Below, in pieces: positions 49,162-57,765 of a stretch of DNA of 64,000 nt (position 1 is its first letter; each line of letters opens with the position of its first letter). The stretch lies in the IMG/VR virus record IMGVR_UViG_3300021093_000004. One strand, 5' to 3'. A program made the position numbers and the translations under genes. The notes under the pieces are model-generated. The model saw only the letters and a list, made by a program, of their open reading frames with translations, ran no database searches and had not been told where the DNA came from. Source of the DNA: a virus. Its lineage: Duplodnaviria; Caudoviricetes.

Positions 49162-49647
49162 ATGAAACTTCGCACTATACTCGAATTCGTAGAACCTGAG
49201 ATTAATGCGGCAGATCCCGAAGATTGGGAGGCTGCTGATCAGGCAGACCGTATTGCTAGCAATTCGGGAATTAGAATATCTCGGAATAAAGAGTTAACAC
49301 TAGTCGCACAAGTAGGTGGCGAAGTTGTCGGGGCGGTTTGGTCAGCGTTCGAACGTGACGATGAAGCAAGTCAAGAATACGGAGAGGATGTATACCGCTT
49401 CGATTTTGACGTTGCAGTTGATCCAAAATCGCGAGCTATGGGCATGGCGTCTGCTCGGATTGGGCCAAAACTTATTGATGCTGCTTTAGACCACTACCGC
49501 TCACTGAAATCTGAATTTGGAAATGCCTACATCCGTGTGTATGTTGTGAATCCGAAATTAGCCGGTTATCTGGAACGACGTTACGGATTTGAACCGGAAG
49601 GACGTGGATGGTCTCAAGATAGTTTACATATGATTTATCACGGATAA
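49162..49647 (+). CDS. GNAT-fold acetyltransferase-like protein
   Basis: LVAQVGGEVVGAV, FDVAVDPKSRAMG...IG..L, YLERRYGF. Confidence 0.7.
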   Translation: MKLRTILEFVEPEINAADPEDWEAADQADRIASNSGIRISRNKELTLVAQVGGEVVGAVWSAFERDDEASQEYGEDVYRFDFDVAVDPKSRAMGMASARIGPKLIDAALDHYRSLKSEFGNAYIRVYVVNPKLAGYLERRYGFEPEGRGWSQDSLHMIYHG

Positions 49648-50673
49648 TCCGGGCGTTTGTGTATTTCGAGCGATCTTGTCTTTGTCGATTCTCAGATTTG
49701 TGATAATATTTGTCATTCGTTCAATCATAAATCCCAATAATACTGCCGCGTCTGGAAAAACGATCCTTTCGGCACTTGAATGGCTGATATCTAGCTCGTT
49801 CCACAGTTCAATATTCTGCATTACTGTGGTTTGATATCCTCTAATTACTCTGGCTAGACCACAAATATTCTCACATTGTATAGGATTTCGCTTGTGCGGC
49901 ATGCTGGATGATCCGACTTGGTTTTCTTCAAATCCTTCTGCCATTTCTTCTATTCCGCTTTGTGATAATAGCCGAATATCGGTTGCAATTTTCGCGATTG
50001 CACTTGCCAATAATGCCCATTCATTCATGCGTTCTGCATAGATGCCACGGTGGATGATCTGCCCATCATACAAGCCTTCGACGAGATTCAGTTTAGACAG
50101 CGTGTTTATAACGACAGCACGATTGACATACTTTAGTGATCCTACACTATCCGCCAATCGTCCGTAATAAGCACATTTGAATGTTCCGTACCTGAGAATT
50201 GTGTGCAAATATGTATCGAACTTTTGGCTGAGTGGCATTAGTTCTGCGGCCTGCCCATGAGTTCGTCCCACGATCATAATTCCATCACACTCAGAGATTT
50301 TCTGCTTGAGTATAGATACGAGTGCTCGCAAGAGATCAGTGATAACTTCATTGCTGGCACGGATCATCATAGAAAAAGCGGTGTCAACAATGTCCGATGA
50401 AGTCAAACCATAATGCACGAATCGGCTGAATAATGGATCAGTTTCGTGTACTTTCGATTCGAGCCACTCAACGAATGCGACTACATCGTGTTTCGTTTGC
50501 ATTTCTCTCGATTGGATGTCATCGATCCACGATGACTCGAAATGATCAGGGGCGAGAATGGAGACGGCTTTTAGTTCTGACAGAAATGATAATTCAATTT
50601 GCGTCCATACAAGGTATTTATTGCCAATGGACCAAATTTCTGAGATTTTTGGGTGATCGTATCGTGGTAACAT
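49624..50673 (-). CDS. purB: Adenylosuccinate lyase, C-terminally short
   Basis: TKHDV, HYGLTSSD, GRTHGQ and signature SSSMPHKRNPIQCE. Confidence 0.88.
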   Translation of the reverse strand: MLPRYDHPKISEIWSIGNKYLVWTQIELSFLSELKAVSILAPDHFESSWIDDIQSREMQTKHDVVAFVEWLESKVHETDPLFSRFVHYGLTSSDIVDTAFSMMIRASNEVITDLLRALVSILKQKISECDGIMIVGRTHGQAAELMPLSQKFDTYLHTILRYGTFKCAYYGRLADSVGSLKYVNRAVVINTLSKLNLVEGLYDGQIIHRGIYAERMNEWALLASAIAKIATDIRLLSQSGIEEMAEGFEENQVGSSSMPHKRNPIQCENICGLARVIRGYQTTVMQNIELWNELDISHSSAERIVFPDAAVLLGFMIERMTNIITNLRIDKDKIARNTQTPGLSVINHM

Positions 50674-50725
50674 TTTCTTCTCCGATAACTTTTTCTAGCT
50701 TTAAAACTTTGGAGAGGTCAGTTGA

Positions 50726-50917
50726 ATGTATGTAATTTTTGATAATCTAACCGGGAAATATTATACCGGTAATGGTTGGAATGCTGCATTGAAGCTAGCT
50801 CTTCAGCAAACTAAACTTCGTGCTGAAGAATTAGCTGAATCGATGAATATGCATGTTGCTCGTGGATGGATCAAAGGCGAATTCGTGTTGATTGACTACG
50901 ATTCAATAGATAATTGA
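50726..50917 (+). CDS. Small hypothetical protein (63 aa)
   Basis: GAGGT RBS; coupled to the next gene. Confidence 0.5.
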   Translation: MYVIFDNLTGKYYTGNGWNAALKLALQQTKLRAEELAESMNMHVARGWIKGEFVLIDYDSIDN

Positions 50918-51630
50918 TGCTCCAACACAAACGAAACGAACGATGGGAACCGTCTGCCGACCAACTCAGGCAATCGATCAAGGAGCGGACATTACAGATA
51001 CTTGGCGGTAGCTTAGAATTTCCTACTGATCATCGTCTTCGATATCTCCTTGATAATATTGAATGCAATCAATTAACTGCTGTTGAATTCGGATCATGGC
51101 ATGGTTGGCATACCGCCACGCTATCCAGAAAGTTTCGGCATGTGATTGCCGTCGATGCCCGCCCCACCAATGTCGCATTTGCCCTATTGAGGCTAAAATT
51201 GTTGGGCATTAATAATGTTGATGTAGTTTTATCCGATGTTCAATCATTTGAATTTAACTGTGACGTTCTAGTTCATATCGGGGTTTTATATCATTTGTCA
51301 TTCCCGATCAAGCATTTATACCATGTGTTGCCAAAATGTCATACTATCTGCCTCGATACCCATATTGGCGACGAGGACCGTCCTCATTTGACGCCATCAT
51401 ATGAAGTGTACAATGATGAGATATATTATGGCAAAAATTTCCCTGATGGTGACTGGGATGATGCGTTGAGTGGAGTTTGTGGTACTAGTTTTTGGCCTAA
51501 TTTGGCTGAGATTCATCGTGTTCTTAATAATTTGCGATTCAAGATTTTACACGAACATCGGCATATGGTTGATCCTGGCCCGCGTGTGACTATTGTCGCT
51601 TCGAAACGATGCGGCAGGATTCTCATGTGA
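50914..51630 (+). CDS. Class I SAM-dependent methyltransferase
   Basis: AVEFGSWHG, VIAVDAR, GVLYHL..P. Confidence 0.82.
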   Translation: MMLQHKRNERWEPSADQLRQSIKERTLQILGGSLEFPTDHRLRYLLDNIECNQLTAVEFGSWHGWHTATLSRKFRHVIAVDARPTNVAFALLRLKLLGINNVDVVLSDVQSFEFNCDVLVHIGVLYHLSFPIKHLYHVLPKCHTICLDTHIGDEDRPHLTPSYEVYNDEIYYGKNFPDGDWDDALSGVCGTSFWPNLAEIHRVLNNLRFKILHEHRHMVDPGPRVTIVASKRCGRILM

Positions 51631-51657
51631 GTATGTGCCCTAAAAATGGTGACAAGG

Positions 51658-51996
51658 TCAAGTGAAATGTGTCACATAAAATCTCCAAATTTGCGCATAG
51701 CAAACGCCCCAGCTTGCGCGATGCGCTTCAACCGCTACGCCGTTAAGCTCTTGATCGAGTGCGTGCGCGTACTCGTGGAGTAACGTGTCAATCGCAGACA
51801 ATGCCGACAAGTGTGTATCTACTTCAATAACAAAACGAATTATAGATCCATCGTTGTCGAGATATGTGATACAACTCCCACAGATTTTTTGCTTATTCAG
51901 TTTTTTACACACAATTCGCAAAGGACGTGACAACGGAAACTCACGCCGCAACTTTCGAGCAAGTGTTTTAAAATTGTTTTGCATATTGCGTGCCAT
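51658..51996 (-). CDS. Small HExxH zinc-metallopeptidase-like protein
   Basis: TLLHEYAHAL...H...WG; GGAGG RBS. Confidence 0.7.
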   Translation of the reverse strand: MARNMQNNFKTLARKLRREFPLSRPLRIVCKKLNKQKICGSCITYLDNDGSIIRFVIEVDTHLSALSAIDTLLHEYAHALDQELNGVAVEAHRASWGVCYAQIWRFYVTHFT

Positions 51997-52020
51997 AGTA
52001 CCCTCCTTGGTATGGCTTGT

Positions 52021-53346
52021 TTAATTTCCGAGAGGTCTCCCGGTGTAACTGTTGATGTTCACCTGCATTCTTGCAATAGGTCCCTCACTGTGATCCCAAA
52101 CAAAAGCCATTGCGCCTCGCTGTTGCCAGTTAAACGCTTTGATTCTGTGCCAGGCATTAGGTGGCGTCAGTGAGGGTAGGTATTCTACGCTGACACCTTG
52201 CTCCTCCATAATTACCGGACTACCTGAACCTTTACGGTGCTGGTCACCCAAGTGCCATTCACGAAAACAAGTCTTAGCCCATTGGTTTTTAGCTTCGTGA
52301 GCCATTAGTCCGGCTAAGCGAATTGGTTTAATGTGATGTCCATGGTCGAAACCTACCAAGTTTACCCCGTAATGCCAAAACTTGTACGGCGACGAATCCA
52401 CAATCACGCTGACATTGCTGTTCTGTCGGTAGTATGCCCGCAAAACATGTCCTAAACTAAAAGAAGAAACCTGATCATGGTTTCCGCTAATTTGAATTAC
52501 GCGAACAGGAGCTACCTCAGAAAGACGTTCCACGATCGCGATTCCAAGCTCAATAGCTTTCTCGTACACCGTAAAGTACGACACGCCTTCTGGCTGTAGT
52601 GTTCCTTTCGTTGTCGTGTGCATTAGATTGTCGTGGTGCATAAAGTCATTGCCAAATGGAAAGACAATTTCTTCAAAATCACCATAACTAGCTGCACGTT
52701 CAAGCAACCGATCGACAGTCCACATACAAAGCTTAGAACACTGCGATAAATCCCAAGAGTGATCGCTTTCACCCTTAAAACAAAGCATGCCAAGGTGCGG
52801 GTCCATCAAAGAAACTTCTAAAGCACGCCGCGTTTTGGATGAACGTCCTTTAGGATACTTAATGCGTGCGCGGAACGGTCCGTGCTTAGACAACTTGTCG
52901 AGCAAACGCTCTACCGCGATCTTTTCGTCTCGCTTGCGACGCAAAAGAACTTTAATCTGCCGCAAGCCAGTTTTGTAGATACCGCCGTCTGATTTTCCTC
53001 CGGCTTGTTCCCAGACGTTAGTAATGACTTGATCAATCTCAAAAAGTGCGAGATCAATTCCGGATTTTAAAATCAATTCTTCGTAGGTGTGAATCTGTTC
53101 ACCAAAATATTCAATCTCAGTGACAGCACCTTTTTCTTTGATGTTTACTTTCTCTTTTGCCGAAACAGTGTTGCCCGACTGCAAGTCTTTTCGCAATCGA
53201 TCAAGAAGTCCCGACTCTTTTAGTTTATAAAACACACAACCACGCGAGACGTTCATCTGTCTTGCGGTTTCTGCTAGATTGCCTTTATTAGCTAAAGCTA
53301 GCGAATACAACTCCTGATCTGTCAACTTATTGGCACGTTCGGCCAT
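52021..53346 (-). CDS. Calcineurin-like metallophosphoesterase with an N-terminal HTH
   Basis: NLAETARQMNVSR HTH; DPHLG, GNDFMHHD, GNHD, DHGH, GDQH motifs. Confidence 0.82.
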   Translation of the reverse strand: MAERANKLTDQELYSLALANKGNLAETARQMNVSRGCVFYKLKESGLLDRLRKDLQSGNTVSAKEKVNIKEKGAVTEIEYFGEQIHTYEELILKSGIDLALFEIDQVITNVWEQAGGKSDGGIYKTGLRQIKVLLRRKRDEKIAVERLLDKLSKHGPFRARIKYPKGRSSKTRRALEVSLMDPHLGMLCFKGESDHSWDLSQCSKLCMWTVDRLLERAASYGDFEEIVFPFGNDFMHHDNLMHTTTKGTLQPEGVSYFTVYEKAIELGIAIVERLSEVAPVRVIQISGNHDQVSSFSLGHVLRAYYRQNSNVSVIVDSSPYKFWHYGVNLVGFDHGHHIKPIRLAGLMAHEAKNQWAKTCFREWHLGDQHRKGSGSPVIMEEQGVSVEYLPSLTPPNAWHRIKAFNWQQRGAMAFVWDHSEGPIARMQVNINSYTGRPLGN

Positions 53347-53423
53347 TGTTTATCCTCCATGACGCGACATTGTCGCAACTTTCTTTAGTTTTGGGTTGGA
53401 TTAACAATCTGGCACAAAATTAA

Positions 53424-53496
<73 letters not shown>

Positions 53497-53567
53497 CTTG
53501 AGGAATCATTCGTTCAATTTAATCGAAAACTAGCAACGATTGGTAAGCAAGATTCAAGCATGATCCA

Positions 53568-53813
53568 ATGTGTTGGACCAGCGACGGTTATAAGGACACT
53601 ATTCGATATTGGCAGACCGGCAACAAAGACCTGGATATTCTGCTGAAGGGCGTTGGAGAAGTCAGTGAACAAGTATGTCTAGACTTCGGCTGCGGAATAG
53701 GAAGGCTGACTATTCATGCCAAAGAAGCATTCAGGAAAGTACATGGAATTGATATATCAAAAACGGTTATTGATATAACCAAGAATAACGAAAGTGATTC
53801 ATTAGACACCTGA
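53568..53813 (+). pseudogene. Truncated SAM-methyltransferase fragment
   Basis: LDFGCGIGR motif I and GIDIS motif II, then a stop at 81 aa. Confidence 0.6.
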
Positions 53814-53855
53814 GTATATAGAAATTGTTCGACTCTTGTTAGATTTACAGAAATC

Positions 53856-54083
53856 ATGATCCACGAGTTCAACAAGCCAATACCTGTAGTCGTTGAAGGT
53901 AACAAAACAGGTTATGCAATTTATGTCCAATCTTCAGGCATGTTTGAGAATGATGTGTGGTGCGTCGTCCATTGTGATGGCGGAATAGTTAGACACTACA
54001 CTACTGACCAGATCAGGGTTTACCAAAATCTGACATTTAATATCAAGAAATCAGGTGGTCAGACGCAGGAATGTCAAACATAG
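53856..54083 (+). CDS. Small hypothetical phage protein (75 aa)
   Basis: PIPV...GYAIYV..SG.FENDVWCVV pattern. Confidence 0.7.
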   Translation: MIHEFNKPIPVVVEGNKTGYAIYVQSSGMFENDVWCVVHCDGGIVRHYTTDQIRVYQNLTFNIKKSGGQTQECQT

Positions 54084-54196
54084 CATTGGAGGTTACTATG
54101 ACATTCAAAGAGCGATTCGTTGTTGGTCTCGAACAACCCTGAATCGCTTTGGCTACCAGAGATGCACAAATGGGCCGATGTTCATGAAGGATAATT

Positions 54197-54919
54197 ATGT
54201 CAGATCCCATATGGGTCGGTTCTCTCGACGATATTCGACATGGCGAAGCTGCATTAGCGGCTATCAAAGAACAAAGTGACGTCGATCGCTGGGTCGATGG
54301 TCAAGGTATCATTCAAGTTGATAGAAATAGATGGGAAGCCGCCCAAAAGTTCGAACGACAAGGCTGGATGAACGCATGGGCCTCTGATTCTGATGATCGC
54401 AGCCGCGAGCACCACCAATTGTTTGATGGCTATAATGCAGTTCCACCAAATCTTGGTAACATATTAGAAGTTGGCTGTGGTCCGTTCACTCAAACGCGGA
54501 CGATCTTATCTGCCCGCTCTGCAACTTCGATTACTCTACAAGATCCGTTGATTAACGACTATCTTCATCATCGGCATTGTAGTTATACCAATCGCCGATT
54601 GCATGATATTCCGGTGACGTTAGTCCCAATGATGCTTGAGTATTTCACACCACCGGAAGAATTCGATACTGTGGTGTGTATCAATGTTTTGGAGCACACC
54701 ATGGACGTGAAAGTGTGTCTTCAACATATGCTCGCGGCACTGAAGCCGGGCGGAATATTGATTTTTGGGGAGCGAATTTACGACGACTTCGATCCTACGA
54801 GATTATATTGTATCGGGCACCCCATTCGGATTTGCAAAGCGATTGTTGACGAATTCAAAAAGAATTTCAGGATGCTTTTTGAGCGTAGTGATAATGGCTA
54901 TTTCATAGGTCAGAGATGA
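54197..54919 (+). CDS. Class I SAM-dependent methyltransferase
   Basis: ILEVGCGP, FDTVVCINVLEH, LKPGGILI. Confidence 0.9.
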   Translation: MSDPIWVGSLDDIRHGEAALAAIKEQSDVDRWVDGQGIIQVDRNRWEAAQKFERQGWMNAWASDSDDRSREHHQLFDGYNAVPPNLGNILEVGCGPFTQTRTILSARSATSITLQDPLINDYLHHRHCSYTNRRLHDIPVTLVPMMLEYFTPPEEFDTVVCINVLEHTMDVKVCLQHMLAALKPGGILIFGERIYDDFDPTRLYCIGHPIRICKAIVDEFKKNFRMLFERSDNGYFIGQR

Positions 54920-54986
54920 GTCTCTTTGACATATGAACCAGTGGGCACTTGTTTTAACATACTCGCTCCACGTGTTAGGAGCGTAT

Positions 54987-55595
54987 ATGAACCTTTTCAT
55001 ACTGAATGTTGATCCACGTCAAGCGGCTATCGAGAACTGCGATAAGCATGTTTGTAAGATTATCCTCGAAGCCGCCGATATGTTGTGTTTAGCTCATTGG
55101 CACTTCGATTTTCCACGCATCGCACAAGCCCCGCAGATTCTTAGAGAATCTCGAATGGTTGTCAATGACAAGGGCACCCATCGGTGCGTTTGGCGGTATC
55201 GCCCCCAGAGTCAGAATAACAATCATGTTAGTGTCTGGGTCCGCACGAGTCTTGAAAATTATCGTTGGACAGGGCAGCATGGTCTGGCACTTTGTGACGA
55301 ATATGAACGTCGCTATGCACACACATTGCGTAAGAAGGGTTTACTGCATCATCAGACCCGACCAATTATGGAGTGGTTCGCGAAGAATGAACCACCGATC
55401 CAGTCTGTTGACAGAACGCCTTTTCGCCAAGCGGTAGCAGAAGATTGCTACAATTCCGACATTGTTACTGCATATCGTGAATATTATGTGAGATACAAGG
55501 TACGATTTGCTAAATGGCGATTGGGTAATGTACCAGAATGGTTTACGGATGGTGTAAGGGCAAATCTTACTTCTTTTCCATCTTCCGCAACTTAG
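54987..55595 (+). CDS. Pyrimidine-dimer DNA glycosylase-like protein (DenV family)
   Basis: MNLFIL..DP..AA...CDKHVCKIILE...ENYRW...LCDEY.RRY. Confidence 0.8.
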   Translation: MNLFILNVDPRQAAIENCDKHVCKIILEAADMLCLAHWHFDFPRIAQAPQILRESRMVVNDKGTHRCVWRYRPQSQNNNHVSVWVRTSLENYRWTGQHGLALCDEYERRYAHTLRKKGLLHHQTRPIMEWFAKNEPPIQSVDRTPFRQAVAEDCYNSDIVTAYREYYVRYKVRFAKWRLGNVPEWFTDGVRANLTSFPSSAT

Positions 55596-55726
55596 TATAA
55601 ATCTTTCGGATTTTCTTTGAGATGATCTTTCGCGATTTCTTTGGCGACTCTGCTGTCTGATGTCTGTTCTAATTTGGTTTCGATTCTCATTCGAAGTTGT
55701 TCGGGATCGAATTTACGTAGTCGCAT
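55592..55726 (-). CDS. Micro-ORF (44 aa), DUF5661-like
   Basis: MRLRKFDPEQLRMRIETKLEQTSDSRVAKEIAKDHLKENPKDLY; absent from the ORF track. Confidence 0.55.
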   Translation of the reverse strand: MRLRKFDPEQLRMRIETKLEQTSDSRVAKEIAKDHLKENPKDLY

Positions 55727-55730
55727 AAGC

Positions 55731-56186
55731 TTATAACGAAACGTCTTCATCAGTCAAATAATAGGTAGCTCCGAAACCCTCACGAAATCCGTGCTTTTTA
55801 TAGATTTGGGCAGACCCTTCCGTCGAAGATAGGTACAATCCAGCCCCATGGTCTGCGGCTACGGACTTTAAACCTCTTATGACTTCTGATCCAATTCCAG
55901 GATGGGCGGTTGCTAAACTTCCTATTCTTAAATAATCGCCCTTGGGCATCCCTTCAGAGTCTCCATGATCTGGTGCTTTCCAGAGACTAGCCACTCCTAC
56001 AAGCTTGCCGCTGTGATCTCTAAATGCATGAACATCGAACCATTTCGGAGAATCACCTGTGGCAGCCGATAGGGCTCGTTGCAATCTTTCTCCGTCTGGA
56101 AACGAATTTAGAATTTCATATACGATTGTTCTTCCATCTAACACTTGACTTCGAAGCCTATTTTCATCTATTATTCGTAGTCGCAT
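55731..56186 (-). CDS. GNAT-fold acetyltransferase-like protein
   Basis: LVGVASLW, YLRIGSLA...GIGSEVI, GLYLSS...IYKKHGF; probable start MRLRIIDE at 56186. Confidence 0.72.
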   Translation of the reverse strand: MRLRIIDENRLRSQVLDGRTIVYEILNSFPDGERLQRALSAATGDSPKWFDVHAFRDHSGKLVGVASLWKAPDHGDSEGMPKGDYLRIGSLATAHPGIGSEVIRGLKSVAADHGAGLYLSSTEGSAQIYKKHGFREGFGATYYLTDEDVSL

Positions 56187-56222
56187 ACTGGCCCGTTTCC
56201 TATCCTGGGCGGTCACACTTAT

Positions 56223-56296
56223 GCCGCTATCAGCTAGAAACCAAGGCTACCCGGTTCTAAGCCGGGTAACGGTGGGTTCGAATCACCATAGCGGTA
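56223..56296 (+). tRNA. Atypical tRNA with CTA anticodon (amber suppressor-like)
   Basis: GCCGCTA/TAGCGGT acceptor, CCCGG-TTCTAAG-CCGGG anticodon arm, imperfect T-stem. Confidence 0.65.
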
Positions 56297-56299
56297 TAC

Positions 56300-56370
56300 G
56301 TGACTGCAACTCAGCGGTATTAGAGCACCGCCTTGATAAGACGGGGGTCGTTCGATCCGGACCAGTCGCA
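56300..56370 (+). tRNA. tRNA-Ile(GAT), degenerate (5' T-stem deleted)
   Basis: GTGACTG/CAGTCGC acceptor, loop TTGATAA, about 4 nt missing before GTTCGATC. Confidence 0.6.
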
Positions 56371-56874
56371 CTAGATGGTTTTACGCCGTGGAAGATGCTT
56401 AGTTTTAGGTCGTGGCTTCTTCTTCCCGAACTTCAAGCCATGAGGACCGGGGGTTTGGGATTCCACGACTTCAGACTGCATTACGGGTGATTCAACAACC
56501 GGCTCAACTGCGGCTGGAGCTTCAGTAGGGGGAATTCTACTAACCGGTTCTTCGGCGGGAGGCAATTCAGGCTCTGGTTCGCCCTTTGGCTCTGGTGGGG
56601 GAGTTCGTGTTTCTGCCACTTCTTGTGGCTTCTCTTGCGTCAGAACGGGATCGACGGGCTTCTGGGCCTCTTCGGTCTTAAGTGGCTTTTCGGACTTCGG
56701 AGAAGCCTCGACGAGCTTTTCGGTAGCCGGTTGTTCGGCCACGACAGGCTTTTCGGACTTCGGAGAAGCCTCGACGAGCTTTTCGGTAGCCGGTTGTTCG
56801 GCCACGACGGGCTTTTCGGCCTTAGTAGCTGGCTTATCGGAAGATTTTTCAGTAGGTTTCTTGGTTTCGTCCAT
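56371..56874 (-). CDS. Low-complexity Pro/Glu/Lys-rich protein with a basic C-terminus
   Basis: GGAG RBS before MDETKK; 21-aa repeat. Confidence 0.7.
   Translation of the reverse strand: MDETKKPTEKSSDKPATKAEKPVVAEQPATEKLVEASPKSEKPVVAEQPATEKLVEASPKSEKPLKTEEAQKPVDPVLTQEKPQEVAETRTPPPEPKGEPEPELPPAEEPVSRIPPTEAPAAVEPVVESPVMQSEVVESQTPGPHGLKFGKKKPRPKTKHLPRRKTI
56684..56819 (+). repeat. 63-bp tandem repeat (2 copies plus partial)
   Basis: Units begin at 56684, 56747, 56810; encode KSEKPVVAEQPATEKLVEASP-type repeats on the minus strand. Confidence 0.9.
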
Positions 56875-56907
56875 TAATTCCTTCTCCTGTATAATAGATT
56901 TGCCCAT

Positions 56908-56988
56908 GTACATGTGGTGGAATGGTAGACACGCTGGTCTTAGGAGCCAGTGCCGTAAGGTGTGAGGGTCCGAGTCCCTCCGTCCACA
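56908..56988 (+). tRNA. tRNA-Leu(TAG), degenerate acceptor stem
   Basis: GGTGGAATGGTAGACAC D-arm, loop CTTAGGA, long variable arm, two acceptor mismatches. Confidence 0.7.
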
Positions 56989-57079
56989 CTATTTAAGTAC
57001 CGTCAGCCGCAAGGCTACCATCGTGGAAATATCACGAAGGCGATGATCGTAGCCACAGTCCTTACTAAAGGCTCATAAT

Positions 57080-57162
57080 GGTCGTGTGGTGGAATGATAG
57101 ACACGGGGGTCTCAAAAGCCGCTGATCGTAAGATCGTGAGGGTTTAACTCCCTCCTTGACTA
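57080..57162 (+). tRNA. tRNA-Leu(CAA), degenerate
   Basis: Leu-type D-arm, loop CTCAAAA, T-loop TTTAACT, anticodon-stem mismatch. Confidence 0.65.
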
Positions 57163-57167
57163 TTATA

Positions 57168-57241
57168 GGGCGTTTAGCTCAGTTGGTAGAGCATCTGCTC
57201 GACACGCAGAAGGTGCACTGGTTCTACTCCAGTAATGCCCA
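57168..57241 (+). tRNA. tRNA-Val(GAC), atypical (C33, T-loop TTCTACT)
   Basis: GGGCGTT/AATGCCC acceptor, TAGCTCAGTTGGTAGAGC D-arm. Confidence 0.75.
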
Positions 57242-57252
57242 CTGTATTTTAC

Positions 57253-57334
57253 GGAGGGTATCCGAATGATCAGGAAGCCGTTTCGAAAACAGCCGGGTCG
57301 AAAGGCTTTTAGGGTTCGAATCCCTTGTCCTCCG
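57253..57334 (+). tRNA. tRNA-Ser(CGA), slightly degenerate
   Basis: GGAGGGT/GTCCTCC acceptor, loop TTCGAAA, long variable arm, GTTCGAATC. Confidence 0.7.
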
Positions 57335-57348
57335 CTTGATAGGTGAAT

Positions 57349-57765
57349 ATGTACGCAATATTATACAATGATGCTCAATTAAAAATCGCTGATATTCACG
57401 CTGAATGTGGGCATGAACGATGGGTGCCCTTAATGGTATATCGTCCAATTGATGATCCAGGAGGTCTACCCAGACTAGTCCTATTTGATAATAAGGACTC
57501 AGCCTATCGGTTCGCGAGGCGCAACGTGACTTCTCAAATGGAGAAAAAAGGATGGCTGCGTGGATCGGTATTTCTGACACGAGAAGACATTGAAGCAATC
57601 AAAGCACGTGGATGGATATTAGACATATTCCAATGGCCTCGGAAAATCATTGGAAATAAAGATTTATTGGTGAGCTTTGAAGTTCACGAATTCGCTGGCC
57701 GAGTAGATGTGAGACATATCCATGGTAAAACACGACCAGAGCTTCCCAAATCTGACGATCTTTGA
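57349..57765 (+). CDS. Hypothetical protein
   Basis: AGGTG RBS before ATG 57349. Confidence 0.65.
   Translation: MYAILYNDAQLKIADIHAECGHERWVPLMVYRPIDDPGGLPRLVLFDNKDSAYRFARRNVTSQMEKKGWLRGSVFLTREDIEAIKARGWILDIFQWPRKIIGNKDLLVSFEVHEFAGRVDVRHIHGKTRPELPKSDDL

Noticed and set aside
49624-50673. Complete 2-aminoadenine (Z-genome) pathway
   Set aside because: No PurZ/PurA, MazZ or DatZ homolog is recognisable in this window; PurB alone is insufficient.
56221-56490. 89-aa + strand ORF over the tRNAs (also 57224-57598 on the minus strand)
   Set aside because: They coincide with tRNA genes or a better-supported opposite-strand ORF.
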